Positions 1-6,464 of a stretch of DNA of 24,243 nt are shown piece after piece (position 1 is the first letter of the stretch; the number at the start of each line of letters is the position of its first letter). The notes under the pieces were generated by a model. That model did no database searches. It saw only the letters and a list, made by a program, of their open reading frames with translations, and was not told the origin of the DNA. Origin of the DNA: a virus (taxonomy: Duplodnaviria; Caudoviricetes); the IMG/VR virus record IMGVR_UViG_3300029318_000100, positions 1-24,243 of that record; one strand, written 5' to 3'. Position numbers and translations under genes: made by a program.

Positions 1-422
1 TTCTCTTCACGAGTGGACACAACAACTTTAGACAGTTTATCAATATCTGTCAAGAAGTTGTTGATAAGATCATAAGAACGATCTTCGACAAACTTATCAT
101 AATGGTGTGCAAAGATGAACTTAGAGCCACTACGAACACCACCAAAGTGTTCTTTAGTCAAACTCTTACCACCTTTGACCTTCATTCCGATTACACTAGT
201 CAAAGTTTTGTCAGGATGTTCACTCCATTTAAGAAATGCTTGTGGTGTCAAAAGAGCACCAGTGTCATCAATTTTATGTGAACTTGCCCAACAAATACCA
301 CCCGAAAGATCTTCCACAACCTTGAACATTGTCTCACGGGTGTAGATATTGACCTGTTCATCTGTCAGTGACATGATCAACTTAAGTTGATCGGTCAAAA
401 ACTTCTTAGTGGTAACAGTCAT
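1..422 (-). CDS. Hypothetical protein, possibly HNH/His-Me finger nuclease-like (3' end runs off the window; absent from the ORF track)
   Basis: Hand translation from ATG at 422: MTVTTKKFLTDQLKLIMSL...SLTKEHFGGVRSG...LSKVVVSTREE, open to base 1. The 'TKEH...VxTREE' spacing resembles the beta-beta-alpha metal finger. Confidence 0.7.
   Translation of the reverse strand, partial: MTVTTKKFLTDQLKLIMSLTDEQVNIYTRETMFKVVEDLSGGICWASSHKIDDTGALLTPQAFLKWSEHPDKTLTSVIGMKVKGGKSLTKEHFGGVRSGSKFIFAHHYDKFVEDRSYDLINNFLTDIDKLSKVVVSTREE
25..53 (-). promoter_or_regulatory. Possible gene-internal sigma70 promoter
   Basis: Minus strand TTGACA-N17-TAAAGT. Confidence 0.35.
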
Positions 423-435
423 AATGGTACGAATC

Positions 436-466
436 TAATAATGAAGACCTTTCGAGGTTACTAACT
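436..466 (-). promoter_or_regulatory. Conserved upstream motif, copy 1 (putative promoter element)
   Basis: AGTTAGTAACCTCGAAAGGTCT (445-466), 19/22 identical to 1386-1407, followed by an AT-rich -10-like stretch. Confidence 0.55.
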
Positions 467-1356
467 CAAACACCGAACCCATTGTGGAAGTTAGCGTACG
501 CAAACTCGGTACGATCAACCAGTTTCACTGAACCATGAGACTCGGAGTGAAAAACATATCCTTCTCCTTCACATCGTTGACCATTAGGAAGATATGCTTC
601 AGGTGCATCGTTAATAATCAGAGAATCCATGATACCATGTTTGATGTCAATGATAAGAAGATACAAGTTAGCAAGATAAGGACAACCAAGAATATCAGTC
701 ACCGTAGATCCATCACCTGACGTAAGACTCTGACCAGATTTGATGAGTGCATTGATAGCAACTTTAGCCTTTGCTGCTTCTTTATCAGTCAAGAACTTGA
801 TCTTGTCGGTATTGATTTTAGGTGCATCACTTTTAGTATGCAAACGATCAACAGAAGGTTGTACCCACTTGATGATAGCAGTATCTTGAAATACTTCGGT
901 CAAAGGAGAACAAACATGGTCCCACATCTCCTCGTTGACATTAACAACAGTGTGAGGTGCGATGACAAGTTTCTGACTGATTGCCTCAGGGAACACATAA
1001 GTCAGAGTGTTCTGAGTGATGACATCAGTACGACCAAAACCAAGCCAATCACCCCAGTAAATGTTCTCAGTACGAGGGAGATACTTGAGACAATATGACA
1101 GAATCTCTACAACTTCTATTTGATGACCAAAGTGAGTGAAGATGTCGTCTGTGGTGTAACAAAGACGGATCTTCTTCTTGTTGAATGCACTTTTAGTACA
1201 CACAAAAAACTTACCATTGGCAGGATTAGTACCCCAAACAAGACTCATACCATCCATCTTCATTGAGATGGTTGCAGTATCATACAACATATTGAAGACT
1301 GACAGATCACCAGTCAACACGAGATCTTCAGGATGTTCAATGTGAGTCATGGTCAT
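466..1356 (-). CDS. Conserved phage protein with ligase/nucleotidyltransferase-like motifs
   Basis: 296 aa; KMDG (motif I-like), YWGDW, EGYVF (motif IV-like), VKLVDR (motif V-like); N-terminal THIEHPED. Confidence 0.7.
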   Translation of the reverse strand: MTMTHIEHPEDLVLTGDLSVFNMLYDTATISMKMDGMSLVWGTNPANGKFFVCTKSAFNKKKIRLCYTTDDIFTHFGHQIEVVEILSYCLKYLPRTENIYWGDWLGFGRTDVITQNTLTYVFPEAISQKLVIAPHTVVNVNEEMWDHVCSPLTEVFQDTAIIKWVQPSVDRLHTKSDAPKINTDKIKFLTDKEAAKAKVAINALIKSGQSLTSGDGSTVTDILGCPYLANLYLLIIDIKHGIMDSLIINDAPEAYLPNGQRCEGEGYVFHSESHGSVKLVDRTEFAYANFHNGFGV

Positions 1357-1377
1357 AATATCGTAGGGGTGTCTCGT

Positions 1378-1407
1378 ATTATAGGAGACATTTCAAGGTA
1401 ACTAACT
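1378..1407 (-). promoter_or_regulatory. Conserved upstream motif, copy 2, with perfect -10 box
   Basis: AGTTAGTTACCTTGAAATGTCT-CC-TATAAT on the minus strand, about 20 nt before the ATG at 1356. Confidence 0.6.
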
Positions 1408-1410
1408 TTA

Positions 1411-2043
1411 TTAGGTGCTCATTCGCTTGTGAACACGTGCAACAATCTTGGTTCTACCTTTTGCGTCAGGATTTTGTCCTGTCTCCTTCTTATATTTGTC
1501 AGTTTCCTGTTTCTTCATGATACCACGAAGTTCAGTTTCACCTTTCCTGGTGATTTTCATACGTTCAGCACGAGTATAACCTGATGCTTCACGAGGTTTG
1601 TAGTTAGGATTAACCTTCTTAGTCTCTTTCTTCTTCAGGAGTTTAGATGCTTCTGCATCAGTGTTCTTCTTAGTTTCTGTCTTCTTGACTTCACCACCAG
1701 CTTTTTTTGCAGCAATTCTGGCTTGTGCAGCTTTTTTACGTTCTGCTTTTACTTTATCAGCATACGACTGTTTAACTTCAGCAGAACCACGTTCTTTAGT
1801 AGGTTGTTGCTCTCTTTCAGAACGTGCCTTAGTTGAACCAATATCTTTTCTATCTTTATATTCACCTACTGGCGCAGTTTTACCACCACCAATAGCTTTG
1901 ACTCTGGGTTTTACACCTGGTTTTCTACGGGACGCAGTATCTCGCTTGGGTTCTTTACGTCCACCCTCACCAGTTTGTTTGATCTGAGATCTACCTTGAA
2001 TCTCAGGATCATATGCTTCTAAAAACTCTCTTAAAGTCTTCAT
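1411..2043 (-). CDS. Highly basic putative internal head protein with capsid-targeting-like N-terminus
   Basis: 210 aa, Lys/Arg-rich and hydrophilic; MKTLREFLEA resembles the T4 internal-protein targeting sequence MKTYQEFIAE; lies downstream of a late promoter. Confidence 0.65.
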   Translation of the reverse strand: MKTLREFLEAYDPEIQGRSQIKQTGEGGRKEPKRDTASRRKPGVKPRVKAIGGGKTAPVGEYKDRKDIGSTKARSEREQQPTKERGSAEVKQSYADKVKAERKKAAQARIAAKKAGGEVKKTETKKNTDAEASKLLKKKETKKVNPNYKPREASGYTRAERMKITRKGETELRGIMKKQETDKYKKETGQNPDAKGRTKIVARVHKRMST

Positions 2044-2231
2044 TCTTCTACGACCGTAGCAGTTTTGAATCCACCAGATTTACCATCTGTGTTAGCAATC
2101 TTAGCGTCAAGATTCTCTCTTGTTGCATAAGTTACCTTTTCAGATGATTGATCAGACCATCTGGATCCACCAGCATAATAAAGTGTGATAGAAGAATCAA
2201 TCAATGATGGTTTTGTTAAGTAAAACGCCAT
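2040..2231 (-). CDS. Small hypothetical protein, probably late/virion
   Basis: 63 aa ORF with ATGA overlap to the next gene and ATAAATA about 22 nt upstream. Confidence 0.7.
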   Translation of the reverse strand: MAFYLTKPSLIDSSITLYYAGGSRWSDQSSEKVTYATRENLDAKIANTDGKSGGFKTATVVEE

Positions 2232-2270
2232 GATGGGGATGATAATATATGTTATTTATCACCCCCAACA
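2231..2270 (-). promoter_or_regulatory. Late promoter (ATAAATA, 2253-2259) embedded in an RNA hairpin covering the translation initiation region
   Basis: Minus strand TGGGGGTGATAA-ATAACATATA-TTATCATCCCCA-TC-ATG: 12-bp stem with one G-U pair. Confidence 0.7.
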
Positions 2271-2273
2271 ATA

Positions 2274-2450
2274 TCAGGAGAAGAAACAGTCTGGAACAGA
2301 CAGATCTTCCACATATGAATCAACACTTTCACCACCTTGAACATCAAGAACTTTTTCCCAATCAATGTTATGGGGATTAAAATCATCCATTACATCAAGT
2401 TCAAGGGTGATACGATACCTTTGACGCTGAGGGAGATAAGTGGCAGACAT
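2274..2450 (-). CDS. Small acidic hypothetical protein, 58 aa (absent from the ORF track)
   Basis: MSATYLPQRQRYRITLELDVMDDFNPHNIDWEKVLDVQGGESVDSYVEDLSVPDCFFS; AGGAG ribosome-binding site at 2456-2460; fills the gap between neighbours. Confidence 0.8.
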   Translation of the reverse strand: MSATYLPQRQRYRITLELDVMDDFNPHNIDWEKVLDVQGGESVDSYVEDLSVPDCFFS

Positions 2451-2483
2451 GGTGACTCCTGTTGACTACCTATAAATCATATG

Positions 2484-2693
2484 TTATTTAGGTGCCATTG
2501 TCAAGGGAATTGTGCCAGATGTAGTGTTGTCACATTGTCCATCATTCCAGTGTCTCACTGCATTGGCGACGATAGCCACATTAGTGACCATGTAACACAC
2601 AAGAATAAAGGTGCGTATGCCAGCAATAATATCTGCTTCTCTATCGTCTCGTCCATCTTTTCTACCTAAAGCTAGACTCCAGATCCTCCACAT
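2484..2693 (-). CDS. Small membrane protein
   Basis: Likely start MWRIWSLALG; hydrophobic segment IIAGIRTFILVCYMVTNVAIVANAV. Confidence 0.7.
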   Translation of the reverse strand: MWRIWSLALGRKDGRDDREADIIAGIRTFILVCYMVTNVAIVANAVRHWNDGQCDNTTSGTIPLTMAPK

Positions 2694-3328
2694 ACTTCTT
2701 TCCAATCCTTATCAAAGATTTCCAAACCTTTATCAGTTAAGATGTGATCATACATTTGATCAAATACTTTGGGTGGCATTGTACAGATCTCAGCACCGTT
2801 GTACCAAGAACGAATTGCACGTTGAACACTACGAATTGATGCAGAAAGAACCTGAGTTCTAATACCGTGGATACGATACAGTTCACTGATTGAACGTACA
2901 ACTTCAAGACCAGCCACAGATTGATCGTCCAATCGTCCTACAAATGGTGACACATAGGTTGCACCAGCCTTAGCCGCAAGAACTGCCTGAGCAGCACAGA
3001 AGATCAAGGTGACATTCACTTTGATACCTTGTTCAGACAATCTTTTACATACGATGAGTCCTTCACGGGTACATGGAACTTTGACAGTACAGACAGGACC
3101 AAACTTTTCATACAGACGAATACCTTCGTCATACATTTCAATGTCAGATCCAACAACTTCCATACTGATGTCAGGAACACCCAGATCGACGAGTTCTTGA
3201 TATACATCCTCGGGATTACGACCACTCTTCATTATCAAAGATGGATTTGTAGTGATACCATCAATGAGTCCAGTAGACCAATACTTTTTAATGATTTCTG
3301 TGTCAGCTGTGTCTAAAAAGATTTTCAT
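2672..3328 (-). CDS. talC: Transaldolase, TalC/FSA family (auxiliary metabolic gene)
   Basis: MKIFLDTAD, GITTNPSL, Schiff-base Lys in VKVP, NVTLIF, YVSPFVGRLDD; Glu in ISMEV and Phe in SPF match transaldolase rather than fructose-6-phosphate aldolase. Confidence 0.97.
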   Translation of the reverse strand: MKIFLDTADTEIIKKYWSTGLIDGITTNPSLIMKSGRNPEDVYQELVDLGVPDISMEVVGSDIEMYDEGIRLYEKFGPVCTVKVPCTREGLIVCKRLSEQGIKVNVTLIFCAAQAVLAAKAGATYVSPFVGRLDDQSVAGLEVVRSISELYRIHGIRTQVLSASIRSVQRAIRSWYNGAEICTMPPKVFDQMYDHILTDKGLEIFDKDWKEVCGGSGV

Positions 3329-4008
3329 TAGTTTTTAATGTAATTGTTTTCTTCTAACCATTCACGGGTCATCGGTGTCGGTTCATAATCGGTCCACATT
3401 GTTCCAGCGGCACAAGATTCTAGTGCTGCCTGAGTCATACCCTCAGTGTGACCTGCCCAGTATGCCTCCTTTTCCCAAGGGATTGCCTTTGGTTGAGACT
3501 GATAGGCACTTTTTGCGATTGCCTGGTACATACGAGGAACATCCTCTTGATTATGAATGATAGCAATAAAGTTGTTCTCGATTGTCCCTGCCATACAATC
3601 CTGTGCAGCGTGCCATCCTTCGTGACGCATCACTGACATCATAGTACCAGGACGATGCATGTGAGCGACATTCAGAAAGAAGTTGTTGCCCACAGTGTGA
3701 TAGACACCACGATGACCAATTGGGAAGTATCGCATATCTGCTAGAAAAACTTTAGATCCAACAGCATTAAGTGATCGGACGAGAGAGTTAAACTCATCAG
3801 CAACAATACTGTAATCAATATCAGCTAATTCCTCATGTTTGTTGAGGTCAGAAACTGTTTTAAGTTCTTGAACATGATCTGTGCATTCTTGAAGTAACAT
3901 ACACCCCTGAGCATGAGGTGTGAAGAACTCTTCTTCGGTAATCGGATCAGCCATGACTGGAGGGACGATCAACAGAGATAGTCCTAACAAAACATTGCGA
4001 ATTTTCAT
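3328..4008 (-). CDS. Putative exported zinc metallopeptidase (zincin, HExxH)
   Basis: Signal-peptide-like MKIRNVLLGLSLLIVPPVMA; HEGWH motif; downstream EKEA supplies a possible third ligand. Confidence 0.7.
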   Translation of the reverse strand: MKIRNVLLGLSLLIVPPVMADPITEEEFFTPHAQGCMLLQECTDHVQELKTVSDLNKHEELADIDYSIVADEFNSLVRSLNAVGSKVFLADMRYFPIGHRGVYHTVGNNFFLNVAHMHRPGTMMSVMRHEGWHAAQDCMAGTIENNFIAIIHNQEDVPRMYQAIAKSAYQSQPKAIPWEKEAYWAGHTEGMTQAALESCAAGTMWTDYEPTPMTREWLEENNYIKN

Positions 4009-4246
4009 TGTTTGTTTCCCTGGTTTTAATATACTCTAGTTCGTCCCAAAATTGGTTGTGACATACAACTAGAATGTGTTCATTACAGTGTAACCTATTT
4101 TTGACAAGATTACAATAGGGTTTAGGTTTTACACCAACTTCAATGGTAATATATTCATCACATTTGAAATATACCCATCCCTCATCCAACCAATCATGAT
4201 GATGCCATTTGACATAATCATTGACCTGAACGTCAAATGTTTTCAT
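3947..4246 (-). CDS. Hypothetical protein (small beta-barrel-like)
   Basis: Likely start MKTFDVQVNDYVKW; EGWVYFKCDEYITIEVGV; packed within the operon. Confidence 0.7.
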   Translation of the reverse strand: MKTFDVQVNDYVKWHHHDWLDEGWVYFKCDEYITIEVGVKPKPYCNLVKNRLHCNEHILVVCHNQFWDELEYIKTRETNNENSQCFVRTISVDRPSSHG

Positions 4247-4436
4247 CGTTAATGTTCGGTAATCCAATCAGTGAAATTGTTTCTTGTTGCTTAAAATACA
4301 ACTTGACATAACAACGTAGTGCATCCTTCAACACCACAATGTCATCACACTCGTCAATTTGACGAGACAACTTCTCATATGCAAATGATTTAGATGGTGA
4401 TGATAATGTGATTGAAGAAGGATCTAGGTCTTTCAT
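4233..4436 (-). CDS. NblA-like (phycobilisome degradation adaptor-like) small helical protein
   Basis: 67 aa; ITLSSPSKSF...QIDECD...LKDALRCYVKLYFKQQET aligns by eye with the NblA helix-loop-helix pattern (LSxEQxF...QV..MS...KDFL). Confidence 0.5.
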   Translation of the reverse strand: MKDLDPSSITLSSPSKSFAYEKLSRQIDECDDIVVLKDALRCYVKLYFKQQETISLIGLPNINDENI

Positions 4437-4711
4437 TGGTAGAATGCGGCCATGAGTGGATTTAGATTCAGTTGCATTGCAGAATAAGGAGTCGTGTCTT
4501 CTGGTTTTACAACTTTACCTGGTTTTTTGTGATTGATAGGAGCCTTGAATTGTTTGGTCTTTTGACAGAAAAACCCCCAGACTGAGCTAGGAGGTGTATC
4601 TGTGTAGACAAATGTTGTCCCTACGTTACGAATCCAGATACGAATAACAGTCTTAGAATATTGGTCAGTCCAATACTCATACCCTGTCGGCGGTTTGTGC
4701 GGGAATTCCAT
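4433..4711 (-). CDS. Hypothetical protein
   Basis: Likely start MEFPHKPPTGYEYW; ATGA overlap with the next gene. Confidence 0.75.
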   Translation of the reverse strand: MEFPHKPPTGYEYWTDQYSKTVIRIWIRNVGTTFVYTDTPPSSVWGFFCQKTKQFKAPINHKKPGKVVKPEDTTPYSAMQLNLNPLMAAFYQ

Positions 4712-4868
4712 GTCGGTTGTAATCATATAGTAGGTCAAGCATCACCTGACGCCATTCCATCAATTCATCGAAACATCCTTGATTGTGAGCACATTCACGG
4801 AGTTTACTGTCTGGTTTGAGAACACTCTCGATCATAAGACCAAGAGCACGTTTTTCGGATTCATTCAT
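4677..4868 (-). CDS. Hypothetical protein
   Basis: Likely start MNESEKRALGLMIESVLKPD, overlapping the previous stop (ATGAATGA). Confidence 0.7.
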   Translation of the reverse strand: MNESEKRALGLMIESVLKPDSKLRECAHNQGCFDELMEWRQVMLDLLYDYNRHGIPAQTADRV

Positions 4869-5070
4869 CGAAAACTTTACATTGTGGAGCACCTGGGTGT
4901 GTATCACAAAATTCGTCTAACAGTTTGTCTCTGTGACGATTGTGCCAATCATCGAGTTTGGCATCTTTTTCTGGATCAAATTCATCCTCATCGTGATGTT
5001 CATTACATCTGATTCCAAAATTATACTTGGAATACTTGTCGTTAGGATCTTTTTCTGGTTTTTGAGTCAT
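4861..5070 (-). CDS. CP12-like protein (C-terminal CP12 motif, atypical N-terminus)
   Basis: Ends LDEFCDTHPGAPQCKVFDE, i.e. (Y/F)C-x3-P-x4-C-(K/R)-(V/I)-(Y/F)-D-(D/E) at the C-terminus, the CP12 GAPDH-binding tail; 69 aa, acidic and apparently disordered. Confidence 0.75.
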   Translation of the reverse strand: MTQKPEKDPNDKYSKYNFGIRCNEHHDEDEFDPEKDAKLDDWHNRHRDKLLDEFCDTHPGAPQCKVFDE

Positions 5071-5297
5071 GTTAGAAAACTCTCGATAACTTCAGAAGCT
5101 GAATCATCAGTCAATTCGTATTTATTTGAATTTATGATGTTCTCTCTTAATTTACCATAGTATTCTGGATATAGATCATCGTGTGTTGAAATCAAATCAA
5201 AACACTCCTCATCAGATTCTGCTCTGACGACCCAGATACCACCATACTCTGACTGAGGAAATGGTACATAATGGTCTACAACGTAGAGATACTTCAT
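5067..5297 (-). CDS. Hypothetical protein
   Basis: 76 aa with AGGAG ribosome-binding site; first gene after the sigma70 promoter; ATGA overlap with the CP12-like gene. Confidence 0.8.
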   Translation of the reverse strand: MKYLYVVDHYVPFPQSEYGGIWVVRAESDEECFDLISTHDDLYPEYYGKLRENIINSNKYELTDDSASEVIESFLT

Positions 5298-5319
5298 TTA
5301 CTCCTGAAATTATATGTAA

Positions 5320-5348
5320 AGTATATAAGAATTAGGATACTTTGTCAA
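5320..5348 (-). promoter_or_regulatory. Sigma70-type (host-like) promoter
   Basis: TTGACA-N17-TATACT. Confidence 0.85.
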
Positions 5349-5514
5349 GTGATGATTGACACTGACTCATTTGTCTCTCAAGTTCAGCTTTGATCTTCCA
5401 TAGACTCACTTGAAAATGTGTTTCGTACTTGTTTCCCTCCAGTAGAGCAAATAGATTGTCCACTTGCGCAAGTGCAGTTGCAAGGATAAACTGTTGGTCC
5501 TGAATTCTTTTCAT
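5332..5514 (-). CDS. Small helical hypothetical protein
   Basis: 60 aa with amphipathic helix pattern; its 3' end contains the -35 box of the next promoter. Confidence 0.6.
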   Translation of the reverse strand: MKRIQDQQFILATALAQVDNLFALLEGNKYETHFQVSLWKIKAELERQMSQCQSSLDKVS

Positions 5515-5656
5515 TCTGTAATTTTTGAACTAAATGATCGGCAAATGCTTCCATCTTATCAGGATGGATGGCACGAATGTCAGCTTGTTCAACTGCCAAT
5601 TCAATTGATTCGATCTCTTGACTCGAAAGTTTTCTGTCTTTTGGACTGTGGGTCAT
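5384..5656 (-). CDS. Hypothetical protein (C-terminal ~40 aa may be a non-functional extension)
   Basis: GGAGG ribosome-binding site; ordered-looking core up to ...IRAIHPDKMEAFADHLVQK; overlaps the next ORF by 131 nt. Confidence 0.6.
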   Translation of the reverse strand: MTHSPKDRKLSSQEIESIELAVEQADIRAIHPDKMEAFADHLVQKLQNEKNSGPTVYPCNCTCASGQSICSTGGKQVRNTFSSESMEDQS

Positions 5657-5716
5657 AGAGCCTCCAATTTGTCACCATGTTAGTATTTACAAACAGGTAG
5701 TAAAATAATGTTAAGA

Positions 5717-5911
5717 TTACTTAATAACTTCCCAGTTATCATCGTTCATCTTATTCATCCAGAAGTGATACCTACCTGAGATTGATGCAAGAAACATTTT
5801 ATCTTCAGTTTCTTGTTCCACACGGCAACTATGGAGTTCATCCATCATATTATGGAAACGATTCACTGCCTTGTTGGTCTTGGGTTGAACGCAGATAAAT
5901 TTGGTCTTCAT
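5717..5911 (-). CDS. Hypothetical protein
   Basis: 64 aa ORF directly downstream of a sigma70 promoter. Confidence 0.75.
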   Translation of the reverse strand: MKTKFICVQPKTNKAVNRFHNMMDELHSCRVEQETEDKMFLASISGRYHFWMNKMNDDNWEVIK

Positions 5912-5954
5912 TGATTTAATAACTTAAAGGATCCTCATCTTCCAGGACAAGCCT

Positions 5955-5983
5955 ATTCTAGTCCTGATTGTTGTACTTGTCAA
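5955..5983 (-). promoter_or_regulatory. Sigma70-type (host-like) promoter
   Basis: TTGACA-N17-TAGAAT. Confidence 0.85.
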
Positions 5984-6296
5984 GTAACAAGTTTTCTGAT
6001 AGATTAGCACATATCTCACATCGTGGAATACCCATCAAATGTTGATACATGTGATAACATTCATGAAGAAGTGTTTTAGTGTGTTCATCACCTCTTAGAT
6101 TTTCATCGATTTGAATGACAAACTCATTGTCCTCTTCTCTCATACACCACCCTGACACACCTTCATCAGATAGGTCCATATAGACCACAGTCAGGTCAAT
6201 ACCATAATCAGACAGGTATTCACCCATAAACCAGTGTAGAAGGGGTTTACAGGAAGGGACAGGAGTGAATGACGGCACAACTTCAATAGAATGCAT
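5958..6296 (-). CDS. Small HExxH metallopeptidase-like protein (SprT/ImmA-like zincin)
   Basis: GWC...FVIQID...TLLHECYHMYQH...E. Confidence 0.7.
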   Translation of the reverse strand: MHSIEVVPSFTPVPSCKPLLHWFMGEYLSDYGIDLTVVYMDLSDEGVSGWCMREEDNEFVIQIDENLRGDEHTKTLLHECYHMYQHLMGIPRCEICANLSENLLLDKYNNQD

Positions 6297-6384
6297 GTGT
6301 CAATCCCTGATACACAACTCTGGTACCCCATTGCATCATCCACATAAAAGATGCGATGAAGATCAACTTGTGGGTGGCGGTCAT
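6283..6384 (-). CDS. 33-aa hydrophobic micro-protein (absent from the ORF track)
   Basis: MTATHKLIFIASFMWMMQWGTRVVYQGLTHAFY; strong AAGGAG upstream; first ORF after the putative early promoter. Confidence 0.65.
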   Translation of the reverse strand: MTATHKLIFIASFMWMMQWGTRVVYQGLTHAFY

Positions 6385-6405
6385 CTCCTTTGTGTGTCTC
6401 CAGAC

Positions 6406-6464
6406 ACTATAAAGCCCCCACGGGTCTCGCGGAGGCAATGATAGACAGTTTGTCAAGTGTCACA
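6406..6464 (-). promoter_or_regulatory. Putative early promoter: palindromic element plus -10 box
   Basis: GTGACACTTGACAAACTGTCTA (GACA-N10-TGTC, 6444-6461) and TATAGT (6406-6411). Confidence 0.55.
6409..6436 (-). terminator. GC-rich hairpin, probable intrinsic terminator of the late structural cluster
   Basis: GCCTCCGCG-AGACC-CGTGGGGGC-TTTAT (9-bp stem with 2 G-U pairs), about 30 nt after the last structural gene; U-tract is short. Confidence 0.5.

Noticed and set aside
436-1407. Mini-CRISPR or att-site reading of the 22-bp repeat
   Set aside because: Only two imperfect copies about 940 nt apart, no spacer periodicity, no cas or integrase gene; position fits a promoter element better.
5657-5716. 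GTAAATA as a late promoter, or an ncRNA in this gap
   Set aside because: Poor match to (T)ATAAATA, AT-rich background and no convincing structure.
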